A stretch of 64,000 nt of DNA, taken from positions 15,382,816 through 15,446,815 of the forward strand of contig OZ316895.1 of assembly GCA_973895155.1 (NCBI GenBank). Reading direction: 5' to 3'. This document shows positions 34,201 to 47,700 of this stretch, one piece after another (position 1 is the first letter of the stretch; each line of letters starts with the position of its first letter). This DNA is from Marsupella aquatica. Taxonomy: Eukaryota > Plantae > Marchantiophyta. Position numbers and translations under genes: made by a program. Below the pieces are notes generated by a model, which saw only the letters and a program-made list of their open reading frames with translations, made no database searches and had not been told where the DNA came from.

Positions 34201-34369
34201 CGCGTATTTCCGCCCCGAATATGTGTTGAATGTAAGAAGGGTCAGTTGATTCTTCTTGAGGTACTACCAGCATTTCTCCGATGCATTCTTCGGCATGGAA
34301 CAACAGTGAAATGAATCCCCCTCTGTTTCGCTCCATCTCCTGCTGCCCAGCCCTTGTCAGGCTGTTCAT
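31229..34369 (-). CDS. CPL1: RNA polymerase II CTD phosphatase-like protein (CPL1/CPL2 family) with two dsRNA-binding domains; intronless CDS
   Basis: 1046-aa ORF with FCP1-type DLDET (VFDLDETLIVANT), RDTSVLVRLRPAWEELR, VVDDRLKVW, REEGEVPESELDPDTRRRLLILQHG; two dsRBMs (GEGTGSTKKEARFRAAEAAL; GKGSGVSWDIAKQHAAEEAL); basic tail. Confidence 0.93.
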   Translation of the reverse strand: MNSLTRAGQQEMERNRGGFISLLFHAEECIGEMLVVPQEESTDPSYIQHIFGAEIRVAYVSPSSERGLNPLAVLHTISPVGGPCFKMAPTDEQLHGDCRRLDLLYSSCLEEAKTAVVLLENGNELHLVAMESRAGPSRRSCFWAFLTTEGTYTSCLGMLNLRCLAMVFDLDETLIVANTMRSFENRIEVLDRRVCGLTEMDPIRRASMMAELKRYQEDRILLKQFVDNDQIFDENGNIIEAQGEVVPPLTDGALPLVRPIIRLPDRNMVLTRINPSVRDTSVLVRLRPAWEELRGYLIAKGRKRFEVFICTMAEREYALEMWRLLDPDSGLINSRELMERVVCVKSGNKKSLLNVFPHHQCHPNMAMVVDDRLKVWEESDQPRVHVVPAFAPYSSPQAETNSGLTVPALRVARNVACNVRAGFFKHFDETLSQQMAEVQFETDVITLPSAPDVSNCLIAAEVRNNFGHLQSFRGENDDMRLATVVNTLTPQTVQQQQQQQQQQPPPPSTMSHLLAGNHLSHNPLNSEEMRESRQDALAESYAQLGGGDMLLQHHQQQPPLLRPPVGNVGIQHPNSTQGSSPAREEEGEVPESELDPDTRRRLLILQHGMDTGINHGRGAELSKFDDLAPSYPGGKISNSNISSYPGAEEEMSPGRPTRSSGEQLALKPESPSYDNPHELHGPPGFVDAPFLNHDRGGNGGGPLDPRRRLGPPQDSNRFLADDLQQQQRPDAFGLDQQHSYMSSEEDEQQALTSRSLAAGLQQDLQLVHPGRHQQGPTNFVDVLQGIAQKLKATVEYKAVLASSSTRLLFKVEVSFAGQKVGEGTGSTKKEARFRAAEAALWFLARQLSPNSYQSAPQQQPQNSLVGLGGSNPNSFLGGVDDDDSMLVQQGSSRDSGRLHPSGLGGGGVGGGGLDMDYLELPSTSGQINFVATLKERCTVLGVNVNFQEADLPPTGEGARRFYHCQVEVGGQVLGKGSGVSWDIAKQHAAEEALRHLKRPGFKSSDTPRSPPIAKRVRIGLPGSSPGRGRRGRGRGRSPPRRRPPAR

Positions 34370-37300
34370 TATGGCAGCGACCGATCAACCTTCACGGCAC
34401 TCCCAATCTTCTTCTACTTTAAAGATATCCATCCCCGAGGAAGATTCGAACCGTTCAGATTTGAGAGGGAAAAATATCATGCCACAACTTACCAATCCAG
34501 TCCCAATTTTCTTTCACAAATTAGCACTCCCACTTTGGAAACTTTGGCTCGCGGCACCATGCCTGGCTCGCCGCTTTCTGGCTGGCTGGCTAATAAGGTA
34601 GGGTTCTCAGAGTCTTCTCTCTACGGGGCCTCCACCACCTCAACTTCCACTTCGACAACTCAAACCCCCCTCTCTACAACACCAAATCAATCCTGCTTTC
34701 CTGCATCGGAGAATTGCACCACTTCCTTCTCCTCTCCTCTCCTCTCCTCTTCTCTCTTCTAACCCTAAAACTGCTCGATGAAAACGGAAGTATGGCACCT
34801 CTGGACCTTTCTCCAGACTTTAAACTCCACACCCGTTACGGGAGGATGGCCTCTCGGGGCGCGATGCCGTATCATGGCCCGACACGTCAGCCGGAGCAGG
34901 TGCCATCCATGGATGGGGCCATCGGCTGTTCTTATGCGCGTCCAGGGAGAAAAGCATAGTCACTGTGCATATACGATTTTTTGTATTTTGGACGGATTGG
35001 GATACGAGCGGAGTAGAGTTCTGTAGCGTATCTGTCTGAGTGACCAGTGACTCCAGAAATAGGGTTATAAGTACATAATTAATAAATAGGGTGAAGGACT
35101 TTCGCTTTGCTGATGCTGCTACACCCAGAAGGTGTGTGGTCACTCTAAAGTATAGGATAAGTAACTGAGGTCTGGGTGGGGGGTTACCAGGCTATAACAC
35201 TGCATCCAGAATGTGAGAACAAGCTGACCCATGGCGGTAGTAGCCTGGAAGCTTTTCAAGCATTCTGGTAGTAGGATTATAGACTAAAACCCACCCAAAT
35301 GTCCTTGTAGGAAAACAAAAATTCAACTAAGGTAGTTATAAATCCTGTTACTAAAATAAGTCCAATGGGAAATCAGTCAACCTGTTTTTGTACTAACATG
35401 ATTTTTGTCTGGAAAATGCTTATCCTACTGGAAATTTATGGGCAATACATTATGAGATTAGCAGCATGGAGTAGAACACCCCTCTCCTCTTCTCCTTCGC
35501 TCTATGTCCTTCACCCCCTTGGCCCTCCCCAAGGCTGTATTCTGTTCAGTCCTGAAGTTTTGTTGCATAATCATGACCCTACCCAGGGATATAAGACCGA
35601 GTTTGGGACCCCACCACTATAGACTTGACTTGGTTAAGTCAATTAGTGTCCCGCACGCTAGTTGAATGGGCAAACAATTGTCTACTTTGCTGTATGTTAT
35701 GAAGTGAGGGTTGGAATTACTCATGTCTTCTGGTTAGTGGTTAATCAGGTTACCCACAAATGACTGAACACACCAGTTTTGTGATCAAAGGGGGGCTGGG
35801 TCTCATCAGGCTCTCGGCGCGCGATGCCGTTGATCTCCCTCTCGGGGCTACACTGGCATGACTCTCCCATGATATTACTTCTCTTTTACTTCCAAAAAAA
35901 AGGAATGACCAAGGACCGGCCCAAGGACTAAATGGGGGACTAAATGTATTTCCCTCCTCCCCTGAACAATATGATGCAAAAAAGACCCTACCATTTGGAC
36001 CCCTGGTTACACTGACAACTGCGCCCTCCAATGCCAATTACTGTACAGTTACCTCTGTATAAGGGTGCCCCCTGTCCCGCACCCTGTAAGTGCAATCCCT
36101 CATTTAGTACACTGGAAGAGCTTTTTGCAGTCTTATTGCAGTTTTTGCAAGACAATATCAGCGCAATCAGGCCTCACTATTGAAGACATCTTTACAAATG
36201 TAATTTACTCTATAAGTTACAAGAACCCTTTATCCATAAGCGCAACAAAAGTACACATTGCATTTGCTGAAAGACTAACTAAAGGACTATTTTATCTATG
36301 TTCATGCCTTCACCAATCCCTGCCAGTTTGTTGTAGATGAAAAATGGCTATCTCACCTAGAAATTTCTCTGGCAAGTCATACAAAGGGAAAAACAGGGCC
36401 ATTCACCCAACACTGATACATGGCTAGGCTTTATTTGCCAAACCTAAGATATCAGTTGGTTGTCCTCATCATCAAGTAGATCCAATGCTAGAATGTATTC
36501 AATAGTTCCAAAGGAGGTCCCACATAGAGGGAGGCATTAGGGAGAGTTTGTATGCGGATTGATGTATGGTTGCCCCTACAAGCCATAAACAAATACCGCT
36601 GCCCTTAGCCACACTTTAACCTTGTTTGATTGTGTATTATGGGTTTCCAAGTTGGTAATTGAAAGCCACTCACAAGCTTGACAGGAGGCAATTTGAATGG
36701 GCCACTCTAGAGATGAGGAAATAGATCACATTATAGTAAGAGTTACAAGTTGGGTTCTACTGTACTTGCAAACTGAGAATTTGTTATTTCTTTTACATGA
36801 CATTACTATCTTCTGTACTACACAAGTGCAGGCTCATGGGAAAAAAGCCCGACCCTGCACTTATCCATTGCATGTACTATGTTATAAGTGAATGGGAATC
36901 ATGCACTTCCACATATGTGCACAGTATGCACTGCCCAACTGCATAGAAAATAGCATTTGCACTTTCCCACATGTGTTGTAGGTCACACACAATAAGTATT
37001 TACTGCAATCCCATTTTTTTGTCACGTGTTACATGACTTAACGTACCCCAGTTAGCCACAAGAGATATATGGACCTGAGACAGTCACATTTAACAATCCA
37101 TGATGGATTGCACCGCCCTCAAGTCAAATTCACACACACCTACCACTGGTTCACCATGGCAGGGTTCCACCTCACCTTTGCCCTCCTCTGCCGAGGTAGA
37201 CTGGCCCATCTCCCTCAATCACAACCTACTCTAAAGGCGACAGGAACCATCAGATTCTCTCTAAACTAGCAATCTTAGGATTGTAGGAACTTCTGTAATA

Positions 37301-38199
37301 TATTAAGCAAGATTAATTCACTTAGTTACCCCAAGTCCAGACAATGTCGCATGGTAAGAATTAATCTAAAAAAGGTGGCAAGTGGTGACATTTGGCAAAG
37401 AAATTATGTCAATCTTGGGAATCCCACTATCGAGCCCACTATACAAAAAGAATGTTATATTATAGTGGATTAAAAGATTGGCCTGCACTTAACCATGGAA
37501 TGCACTTATGCATGGAGAAGTAATCTCTGCAAACATGAGCTACGGTTTCTTGACTTGGATCTGCGAAGTGAACAGATGTTAAGCTGAGTCAGTTCTTTCC
37601 GATGTCGTGCCCAGAGTTGTGGAGATTGGTTATGGCCAGCCTACAGTAATAGATTCCACCAGAAGCAATTTCAAGCAATTAGTTCATGGTTCATTATTAT
37701 TTATCTCTTGCGGCTAGTCTCCTGGCTGTCTAAGTATGAACCTAGATCCAAGTATTCCACTATGGGAGCACCATAGGTAGTGTCTTTCTTTCCATTCCTT
37801 TCAAAATTTTAAAGTAGCTGACTTGAAAGTTTAAGCTCGGATGGCCCTCAACACATTTCCAGTTTATCACTCCCTCCTCTATGGATCAATCCTTTGGTGT
37901 GCTTAGAATGCTTAGAAACATTTAATTTGGAAAGAGTTTTTGAATGAGCGTAGGATTGTTAGATATCATAAACTCTCAAAGAGATCATCATTTTTGAACT
38001 TCATTGCCCTTCCTTGACAGCCAAGCTATGACACCAACAAACAACAACATTTGTCCTTGATCTCTTAATTAAACATTTTGTGCCTACAATTCTTAGAACT
38101 GTTTTGGAAAGATTTTCCAACAAGCCTAGCATTGTCAGATTTTGTCAAGTACTGAAGTGCTCATAAATGGCTGAATTGCTTTGATTAGTACACTTCTTT

Positions 38200-38600
38200 G
38201 AATTGTCTAGCTCTGTTGTCAAGAAGTGAGTTATCTGATTTACTCTAGCTTTCCAATGGGCCTGACATTGGCAGATTTCAAGTCAGAATCCGTCAATTCA
38301 AATACTACACAGATCATAAGTTTCTGAGTTTCTCTTGTTTTTTACTAGTCTAACATGATTTAGTCAAGTACTAAGGGGATCATGAGTTTAAGAATTTCAT
38401 CTAGCTTTCCAATATGTTTGACGCTAGCAGATTTCATGTCAGATTTTGTCAAGTACTATGGAGATCATGAGTTTCTAAATTTATATAGTTTTCCAATGAG
38501 TCGCGAAATTTGTAAAGTACTAAAGAGATTATGAGTTTCTAAATTTCTCTAGTTAGTTTTCCCATGAGCCTAACATTGGCAACTACTAAGAAGATCAAGA
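38200..38600. repeat. Degenerate tandem repeats
   Basis: Recurrent ctagctttccaat...cagatttca.gtcaga and gtcaagtact...gatcatgagtttct blocks. Confidence 0.5.
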
Positions 38601-41600
38601 ATTTAGGTAATTTCAGGTGCGAAGGAGTCATCAGTTTTTTTCTTTTACACTATGGAGCCCGAGGGGTTCAAACTATTTACATTTCTAACAAATAATTTCC
38701 TTTTTCAGAAACTTGCAAAAATTCAAAAGATACAAGCATTTTGATGTAAACATTTATATGTCACTGAAAAGACATCTAATCAGTTACTTTGTTTTCCCAT
38801 GTTGTTTGTTATTTTGAAATTCACTTCTCATTTTTTGAATTTAGGTTTTACAGTTACTGGGTCTAACTGATTTTCCTTGTCTCTCACCAAACATGAACAA
38901 TCATGTTTGTTTCTTGTTCAAGACATCATTGTTCCTGTAGTTGACCAAATGTGATGATGTGGCCGCATGTGGTGCCAGGAATTCTGGGAAGAGCTTCCCA
39001 TGGGGTCCTAATAATTTGTACCTGTAGTCGTCTTTCTCTACGTGCACACTCCAGGGAGGCAGCATTGAGTGCGCACTTAACACAATTTTGCACTAAATTC
39101 AGGCCCCGACCCCATAAGTGCAAGTTTACTCTACTAAAAATGCCATGTACTTATCAGTAATTGTAATTTGATGGAATTGTGCACTTGCTGATACTTGTTC
39201 ATGCACACTTATTGAGGGTTTGCACTTCTAAAGTTGTCATCTAGCCAAAGTTTCTTTGGCCTGTTTGCACTCACAAAAGGTACAAAACAAGTGCAAACTC
39301 TGTGGGATAAAAAAGAGAAGAATGAGACATCTCACAGCTAGTCAGCGTTTGCACTTATTAGTTGAACAAATTAAAGTTGAAATGACGGGGGCCCAAAAAT
39401 TTCCCAGAACATATTGGTCACAACCATATATTGTAGATAATAGTTTGAGAGCATATTTGAACTAGTAGTTTAGCACGTACTGCTCAGCCTTCAACAGAAG
39501 TCAGATGGGACAACTGGAAACCCCAAAAATGCTAGCAACAACTGTGGAGGAAACTAGGGGGCTGGTCAATGCCCAAGGTGCAGTTCTTCCTCTTGCACAT
39601 ACTCAACCATGGCTTCTTGACCAGTGGCAAGGGCAGCCACTGGGGGTTTGTAATAGGATCTGCTGTCATTGCAAGTCCAACTTTGAGCACACTTTAACAT
39701 ATGAATTTAAGAATTAGCTATAGCAAAGTGACTGAGAAGTGGAGGGAGGTGCAACATCCGGCTCAAGGCTCCACTGTCCTTTGGTCCCCCTACCACTCAC
39801 TATTTAAGGCCATCCTTCAAGGTCAATACCGTATTCTTGCTCCTGCATATCCATAAATGTGTGAAATATTTATCCATATGGACATGGAGTGTGCACTTAC
39901 AGAGGGACCACTGTACAGGGAGGCAAATCAAAAGTTGTCATCACAGAGAAGATTTTGACCCAGAATTAACACAATAAGGAGGAGTCGATCAGCATGCCTC
40001 CAGCAGTGAACAACACAATAGCGGAAGGCAAAGAGGAGGCCAAGGTACAATTCATTGAAGCAGTAGTTAGTACGTACCAGAGTGCTTCAGAGTGACTATT
40101 GTAAACTTGCACAATTGGTTGTGTCCATTTTCAGGACCACAGATAAGCCTTGAATTGAGAACTTTGTTTGTGAGATCGCCATAGTGATGCTCGTCCTTTA
40201 GGCGAGCGATTGTGGTTACCACGGAAGATTGGAAATTGATCTTTTTCAGAATCACCCACCGAGGACGTGCGACAATTGCCCAAGTTTCCACTTGAGTTGT
40301 GGCTGCAGAAGGCAGTGGTCAAAAGCCGCTTCTAGCTATATCTGCCCTTTGTTGTTGCTCTTGCTCGCTATATCTGGGTGCAGTTTACTGTCTGCGTGAG
40401 CAAGCTGGGCCCGGAGCTAGGGTGGGAAGAGTGATTGCAAGAGGGGACATGGGATGAGAATTCAGGGTATTCAAGGGGATCTATGCAAGTTCCATATAGC
40501 CACTTTGAAAGCTTTAGTTACCAAATTTGTCGGAGTTTCTTAGTGACAGTCTTCCTTAAAGATCTTTGGCAAAGTTGTGCATTCCTGCAAATCAAAAGAG
40601 AAATGGCGGGAGGAAACCTAAGGTACAACCATGTTTAGTGCTGGGCAGAGATTGAGCAATTATTGAGGGGAGTCAATCCCATTACTATCTTGCCATTGAT
40701 TCTAATGGCATTTGTTATGTATAGGTCTCCTAAAAAGTCAGACTATTGAGATCCTTTCCCATGTGCTCGGAGAATTGAGATTCAGATTTGTGGTCTTAAC
40801 TGAGAATTGCTCTTTAAATTCAGTCCTTGTAGTTTTTGCATTTATCTTAATATTCAGAGAAACAGACCACATTAGTTCAATGTGGACTTGAGTGCATCTA
40901 CTCTTTGCTTACTACCATACTTACAATGTGCTTTCTTAAAATTTATGCTCAACTGGAAACAAATCTCAAACTCTTTTCCATTAGTACTATTATAATCCTT
41001 ATTAATGTTTGTGCAAGGTTCTAAATGAAGAATTCACTTACCATCTTGTTCCCTACAATGCTTGCCTAGCTCTTCACAAGTGTAGTTTGTTATGCTCTTG
41101 CCACTTGTGATCATTCCAACCCATCTGTCCAGAAAGTATATTCAACAGCTCTTCTCCAACATGGCGTTATCTCAGAATAGAGTCCTCTTGTTGTTTCAAC
41201 TTGCACACACTCTGTACTAAGAAAGGGGAGTAGATTGATGATGACAATTTTAGTATGCTTAGGTACCACCTAGTTTTGGTCAATCAAATTGAAAGCAGCA
41301 AGCTTGATTGGCTCGTGACGTCTTGAAGGTGCTCCAGTCTATATACAATGATCTCTTTCTCTCAATAAAGTATTGCATTCCTACAATTACCTGTCCCAAC
41401 TTTGTTATTGGATGTCTCTTGAGTTCATGATTGTTGAACCCCACGTGGTTGAAGGGCAGCTGCCTTAATTAGTTTCTTGTCTGTTGGGGATCTTCAGTGC
41501 AATAATTATCTCCTGTCAATATTTTACTTTCTTCTTTAGTGATGCTTGGCGCTTTGAGGGCAGTTGTGATTCTTGAGCCTTCTGTTTTGTACTTTCCAGG

Positions 41601-41799
41601 CCAGCAGAATAGCAAACTCCTACTGTCAAGTAGTGAGGCAACCTTGTTGTGTTACCTATCAATATGACAAGGAGGTTTAGTTGCGATGTAGCGAGGCTCC
41701 TAAGTACATCTTGTAGCCAAGGAGGAGTTGGGTGTGAGGTGAGCTCTTTTCCAAGTTCCTTCTTTGACCAACTTATGTAAAGTTACAAGAGTACGCTAG

Positions 41800-42110
41800 A
41801 GCCTCAATTCTTTGCACATGGACGATTCTATCTCACCATACCTACAGTAGAATTGGGACGTAACAATGGGGTAACAAAGTTGTAAGCAATTAATTGCAAT
41901 TTTCTCTGTACTAGAATCGTCATCAGTAAGGTTTTTTTCCCTCTATTTCAAGCTCAGGTCAACATGTCTCATTCTTTGTTTGCCTCAAGCACATTTCAAG
42001 TGTTTGGAATAAAGTTGAATCTGTACAATTGTCATTTTACTAGCAAAATGCCCATGTGTTGGAGTGTCATGGAGTGAAACTCTTGTCAAACTGAAGTGTT
42101 GTTGAGTAGA
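41800..42110 (-). mobile_element. Highly decayed Ty3/gypsy integrase remnant
   Basis: Minus-strand peptides LHDTPTHGHF (HH zinc-binding-like) and TPLLRPNSTVGMVR*NR (resembles TxYxPQSNGxVERxNR), broken by stops. Confidence 0.35.
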
Positions 42111-42131
42111 ATAGTTGTTGTAGTCTAAGAT

Positions 42132-44350
42132 TGTGACAGGGCCCCAACCCGGTAGTAACTTAGTGATGACTTATAATTGCGTATATAAGTAGAAAGACAA
42201 GTAGGTGTAGTAAAAGTGTTTGGATTTTCAAATTTTTTATTTTTGTTAGTTCTAATAAATGGATGTGACAACCGGAGGCCGGAGTTGAGAGGGGTGTCGG
42301 GCGGTGATGGATGACAATGGAGCCATTTAGGGGGTACAAGGAGGCCAAAAGGCAGCCCAAGGACTTGGAGACAAAGGTGTGGGCATCTCGGAGGGGTGGG
42401 GACTGGCCGAAGGCTCCACATAAGGCGCAAAACGGGAATAATGATCAAAATATAGAAAATGTTGAAACTTGAAACAGAAGTTTCTGCACTAGTACTATTC
42501 CAAACATGGTCATGTTTGGATTCATTTTTAAGCCCTCAATGAGCCCCATGCAAAACTGAGGTTCACTAGTTGAGTTTGGGTCTATATCAAACAGTGACAT
42601 CTCGAGAAACCTCAATTCTCGTAAAATGGTAAAACTAGGCAATCTTGGAGTAGTGATGGTAGGAGGGCCCTTAGAAGGAAGGGGTTCCCACACTTGTGTT
42701 CCCCTTCACCCTTTGTGTGGTACTCACATGGTTTTGCTCTCTCTCCCTTCCCCACTCCGTAGAGAGGCACTCCGTAGAAGGACCACTCCGGAGAGGCCCA
42801 CTCCGTAGAAGGCACTCCGTAGAATGAGCTCCCACATTTTCCTTCCTCACCTGTAGTCCCCCACACTTTCTTACTTCCCCTTTTCTCTTTTTCTCCCGTG
42901 TGGGGTTCCCACCCATACCTAAGCCCTAAACCCTTTCCCTCTTGTGCTTGCTTTCAACTTGTGTATGGACCCTGGTTGTATGAACATCAGATTTTTTACC
43001 ATCTCAAAATCATAAGTTTATGGGCTTGTTGGAAGGAGCTTGATGAGCTGAATCCGATGACGCGTGACACGGCCAAAATGAAGTTAAAATGGTAAAGATA
43101 CGTTAGATTACGTTTTGACAAAAATTTCTCGACGTCGGAACCTTACGGACGTCTGTACATCCAGACGCCGGAGATCCTAGTTTTCTCCTAGAAGTGGAGA
43201 TGGCAGCAGCAAAGTTGGGGACCCCTGTTGTGGGAGAAGCCGGGGCCCCCTGGTGTTGTACGGACGAAACGGAGGGGGACGGTGTCCCATAAAAACTTAA
43301 ATGATCATATCTTGACTATTTGACCTCTGTTTTTTACGCCGTTTACGGATCCGCGATCAGGAGGAGCAGGGTTGTCCAGGGCTCTCCTCAGGGGAGTATT
43401 CTGAATATCTTGGGTTTTGACCATTGGAGGGTGCCCTCGATTTTCATGGGCTATGGATTATGGATTGTTGTTGGGCACCGTCGAAAGCACTGCCGGTTCC
43501 GTTGTTAGATAAGGGTTTTAGGTAGCATGTGTGTGCCACATGTTTTAGATTATGGATTTCTTGAATGGGGTTTTAGCGGTGCCGCTAGGGTAGTCGCCAT
43601 CATTGTGACCCCGTGAGGGGTGCTTTGGTGTGTTTTTCCTGTATTTAGGAGGGAGCCCCATAGTGAACCAGGGGGAACTCAGTCTAGTTTTGAGTAGTAT
43701 AGAGAGGGAAGTCATCTGAAGTAGTGAGGTGAGAAGTACTCATTGTCCTAGTGAGGTAGGAGTTGAGTAGACGACAGGAGGCCTGGTTACTCACGCAATG
43801 TATTACTTTTTCACGAAAAGATATAGATTTATCTTGACTCTCCAAAGTTTGTTACGTGTTATGACCTTGTTTCTTTCATAGTTGTGTTCTTCCCATAGCT
43901 GTTTTGGTGTGTTTCTTGTGAAAGGACCCACCAAGTGGATTCTTGATAGAAGTTTGCAAGGTCCGATCGGCCTTGTGAGCTTGACGAGTGGTGACAACAC
44001 TCCACTAGAGACCAAGAGTAAAGTAGAGAGAGCAGTGAATTGAAGGGTGAGAAAGTTGGCAAACTTGATCAAAAAATGCAATTCCGGGAGTGAAAGCAAA
44101 TATACTCATTCTTAGCGTGATGAAGTCTAAATAGCGTCCCTCCACGTCCCCGTGATACAATTAAAACGGTATTGGTTGTGAAGAAGTGGAAATGTACGTA
44201 GTTACCGTTCGATACCGTTTGATAAACAAACAACAAATACTGTTATTGTTGCAAAACTGTGCCCCCCTTTTTTCTTCTTCTTTGCCCCTGTGTATTTTTA
44301 TTTCTCCCTTCTCCCCCTCTTGCCCTGGATTGCGCCCCCCCACACTATCA
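42132..44350. mobile_element. Probable gypsy-type LTR or LTR-derived fragment
   Basis: Begins tgtgacagggcccc and ends actatca; non-coding with internal short repeats (cactccgtagaag about x4 at 42752-42824); directly abuts the integrase remnant. No TSD seen. Confidence 0.35.
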
Positions 44351-44393
44351 ACTTTAGGCAGGAGATCTAGGTTGACATTAACAACCTGTAGGG

Positions 44394-44736
44394 TGTTAGG
44401 TATTTACTCAAGGTCTAGGGTTATGACATGTAACCATAGTTAGACTAACCGTAGTTGGAGACGTGGTTAGGTTAACTAGGATGCACACTATATGCCAAGC
44501 GGTGTTTGCTTGGATAAGTGAAACTTAGGCTCATTGTTATGGAGCCACTTGAGAGATGAGGAGAGCTTACACTGTGGAGACTTGGTATGGCCGACGGGCT
44601 TAGAGTTCAGTAAAGCTCTCTTGTGTGTTCCCGTGGACGTAGCCTTGAGGAGGTGAACCACATATCTCTTGTGTCGACTACTTGCGCAATGGATGTGTCA
44701 TGTGCTTACCGTTATGAGTGTCGTCTATGCTCAACA
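44394..44736 (+). mobile_element. Solo LTR related to the Tork-like element LTR
   Basis: 343 bp, TGTTAG...CTATGCTCAACA; shares aacttaggctcattgtta, cttggtatggccg, ttgtgtgttccc and aggtgaaccac with 21078-21421. Confidence 0.85.
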
Positions 44737-47700
44737 GTTCAGACCTGCAACACAAAGCCTATCTGCCTACTCATAAACTACTGACTACTCAAAGTTAATG
44801 ATAATGGCTATGGTGTGAGTGACGCAGAACCTTCACTTAGTTCCACTCTCAACTCCTCTCCTATAGAGTGGAATTGGAATTCTTTTGTGTGGAAGACAAA
44901 CAATGCAGGGAGACACTTTGTGGAGGCAGGGATGAATTTGAACTTACCACCTAGCAATATTATTCTCATGCATTGTGGGCTTGAAGGGCACATTGGCAGT
45001 TACCACTTGTCTGATACTGTCCATTGATCTTTATCTTGCACCTTGTCTCACTACCATTACTTGCTGTCGTCCACCGTCCTGTCCCCGTTCCCTATATTTA
45101 TCATTGTCAGAATCTAATGACTGGTCATTCCTGTGCAGTCTCCCCTTTAAAACGTACTTCAATGACTCTGTTAGCTCCCTTTCAGATCAATCTAATGGCC
45201 TACAAAACACTATCTTCATGGGATGACCACAGTTGATTCCTGCCCAAATGTCATTTGAAAGGAGACCATGGCTAAGGAAAGAGTGAGATCCGTTATTATA
45301 GTAGTTTCAAGAGTAGTTTAATTAGATTATATTAAATGCAAGCCTATGTATAAGCATTTCAACAATCTTTGGTTAATGAGCAGTTGAAGGAGGATTGTTT
45401 GCAATCTGACTATATGGAGAGCCTTTTATGGCAATGATTGTTGGTGAGGATCTCATTATCCCGGAGCTTGTTGTCCTTGCATAATGGCATCTGTGGAGGA
45501 CTATGTACCTTGTTGCATAACCTGGCTTCTGCAAATCCTTGCATTAGTAGGGGTTCTAGTTGTGATTCTTAGGAATTTTATGTCAATCTGATGTCCTCTG
45601 TATTTTAACTTGCTGGACTCTGTCTTTTAACTTGCTGGATAGTCATTGCCCTTCACCCTGACAGGTTGGGTTATGTGTTAGTCTGTGAGCTTTGGTACTG
45701 GACGCTCCCTGCTGTTCCTGGTTAGCATTTGGTGGCCTTCCCCTTCTCTCACATGATCGTTTGTGCCCTCCTCTGCAGTGCTAGTCTTCTTCACGACTGC
45801 AGGAAAATCATGTAGGTTAATTGTGGTGAGTTATTGTATTACCAGGACTTGCTAGTGATTGTGGAGGCTTAAGGCAACCCTCAACCCTTTGCTTTGCTAC
45901 CACACCTATGGGAAGATTTTTTCATGGGAGTCTGGACAGTTTGTCTAACTTCCCATTTTATTGATGGCAAGGGCCTTTTCAAATTGTTTGGTGTACATCC
46001 TTTTGTGGGTGATAATGCTAATTTAAGCAATGGGCAAGTACAAAAATTCAATTTGGGATTTGATTGCCCAAATCCTAATTGTGTTTTCAGTGTTCAGGCT
46101 CTCAAAGTCTTTCTGCATTATCTCCACATATTAGCCCCAGCAAAAGCCAGGTGAAAAGTAATTTTTATGCATTGTTGCTATCCGTATGTGACAGGACAAT
46201 GTCATGTAGGGCCAAAGCCTTCTCTTGATATTTTCCTCTAAGTTTGACCACAAGAAGAAGATCAAAGATGTTAAGTTGATCAATTTTTATTCTCTATCAG
46301 TACGGTAGATCATTACAATATTCATGCAAATAATTCAAAACATTAAGTCACTAGGATTGAGTAAGTAAGGTGATTCAAATTTTGCCCAAGGTCAATCTCT
46401 CTTTACAGTGTGCATGGTAATCCAGTCACTGCCTTTAATAGGATTTATAATATTCCTCTGGCCCGCTGGTTCCCCCAATCCATGACTTACATGTGGAATA
46501 AATGAAAAAAGGATTTATCTTTATAAATATTGAGCTTGAAAGATATGCTCGAGACCATGGAGAGGTCACATATCCAAATGACTGGTCACATTTTCTGATT
46601 CGCCATGTTGCCTGTCTCCAGAGACAATAAAAGGTGGTCTGAATCTGAAATGCGGTCCCTCCATTGGTTTCTTTTGAATTTGGACATTCATTCTCAATGG
46701 AGAACACCCTCCATGGAGGCCATTACCTTGCACAAAGACCAACTGAGGGCCAGTTGTCATTATGAGTCGGAGTACTGAATGCATACCAACAAGTTAAGTT
46801 CACTATGGTGAGCAAAACATACTCGCTCAGAAAGGAGACCCTCTGATCCCTTGGGGGGTCTACCACCTTATGAATTTTGTCTACTGAGGGTGCAAGGGCC
46901 CATAGTAACCATCCCCCTTCAAAGGAAGTACCTATCATATTTTGAATGGCAGGTGATGATTAATGTGATGACATATGGCACTTTTTTGAATGGGTAGCCA
47001 CCTTACTTCCTAGCTATTTCCAAGTATTTCCTTAAAATGAATAAAAGCGTCTTATTTTGTTCTCACATGATGTTTGAAGTTTTGAAAACGAGCAGCTGAG
47101 GTTATCCATTTTCTTTTCTTTAAATAATATTTCTGATCATTTTTTCACTGGTCTTTCCTCTTTTCCCACCAGGATTGTGCCCGGTGCTGGAGATATTGTC
47201 CTCGAAGTACACCAGGTAATGATTCTTCTCCTTGGAGAATAGTCCTTGCCTTGACCTATCTCAAACCAGTATTTTCTATATATCATTGTTATATCCTTTT
47301 TGTACATACAGGTTGTATTATCTTTTTATTATTGTACCTTCAAACACATACCAAGAATATATATATGATAACCAATTGGCTAGAGGATTTGCCTGGAACT
47401 TAGAGGTCCAAGGTTCAATCCCCCTCCACACACTGGGGTGTGGAGGGAATATGTGTGTGGGTGGAATGAATTTTGTGGGTAGTGGAGGTTTGATTATCTG
47501 TTCGGCCCCTGGTCGTCCATTTTGTGGCCCTGATCTCTCCTTCCTGGTGTCCCTGTTGGATCCCTTGGGGCTCACCCTGGTCTGGGTTCCCTACAGGAAA
47601 ATTGTCACATTGGGATGGGGGGAGTCTAATTGTATTACTCCCCATTTCAGTTCAAGACAAAAAAAAACTATATATATATAATATTGCCAAAGAACCAAAA

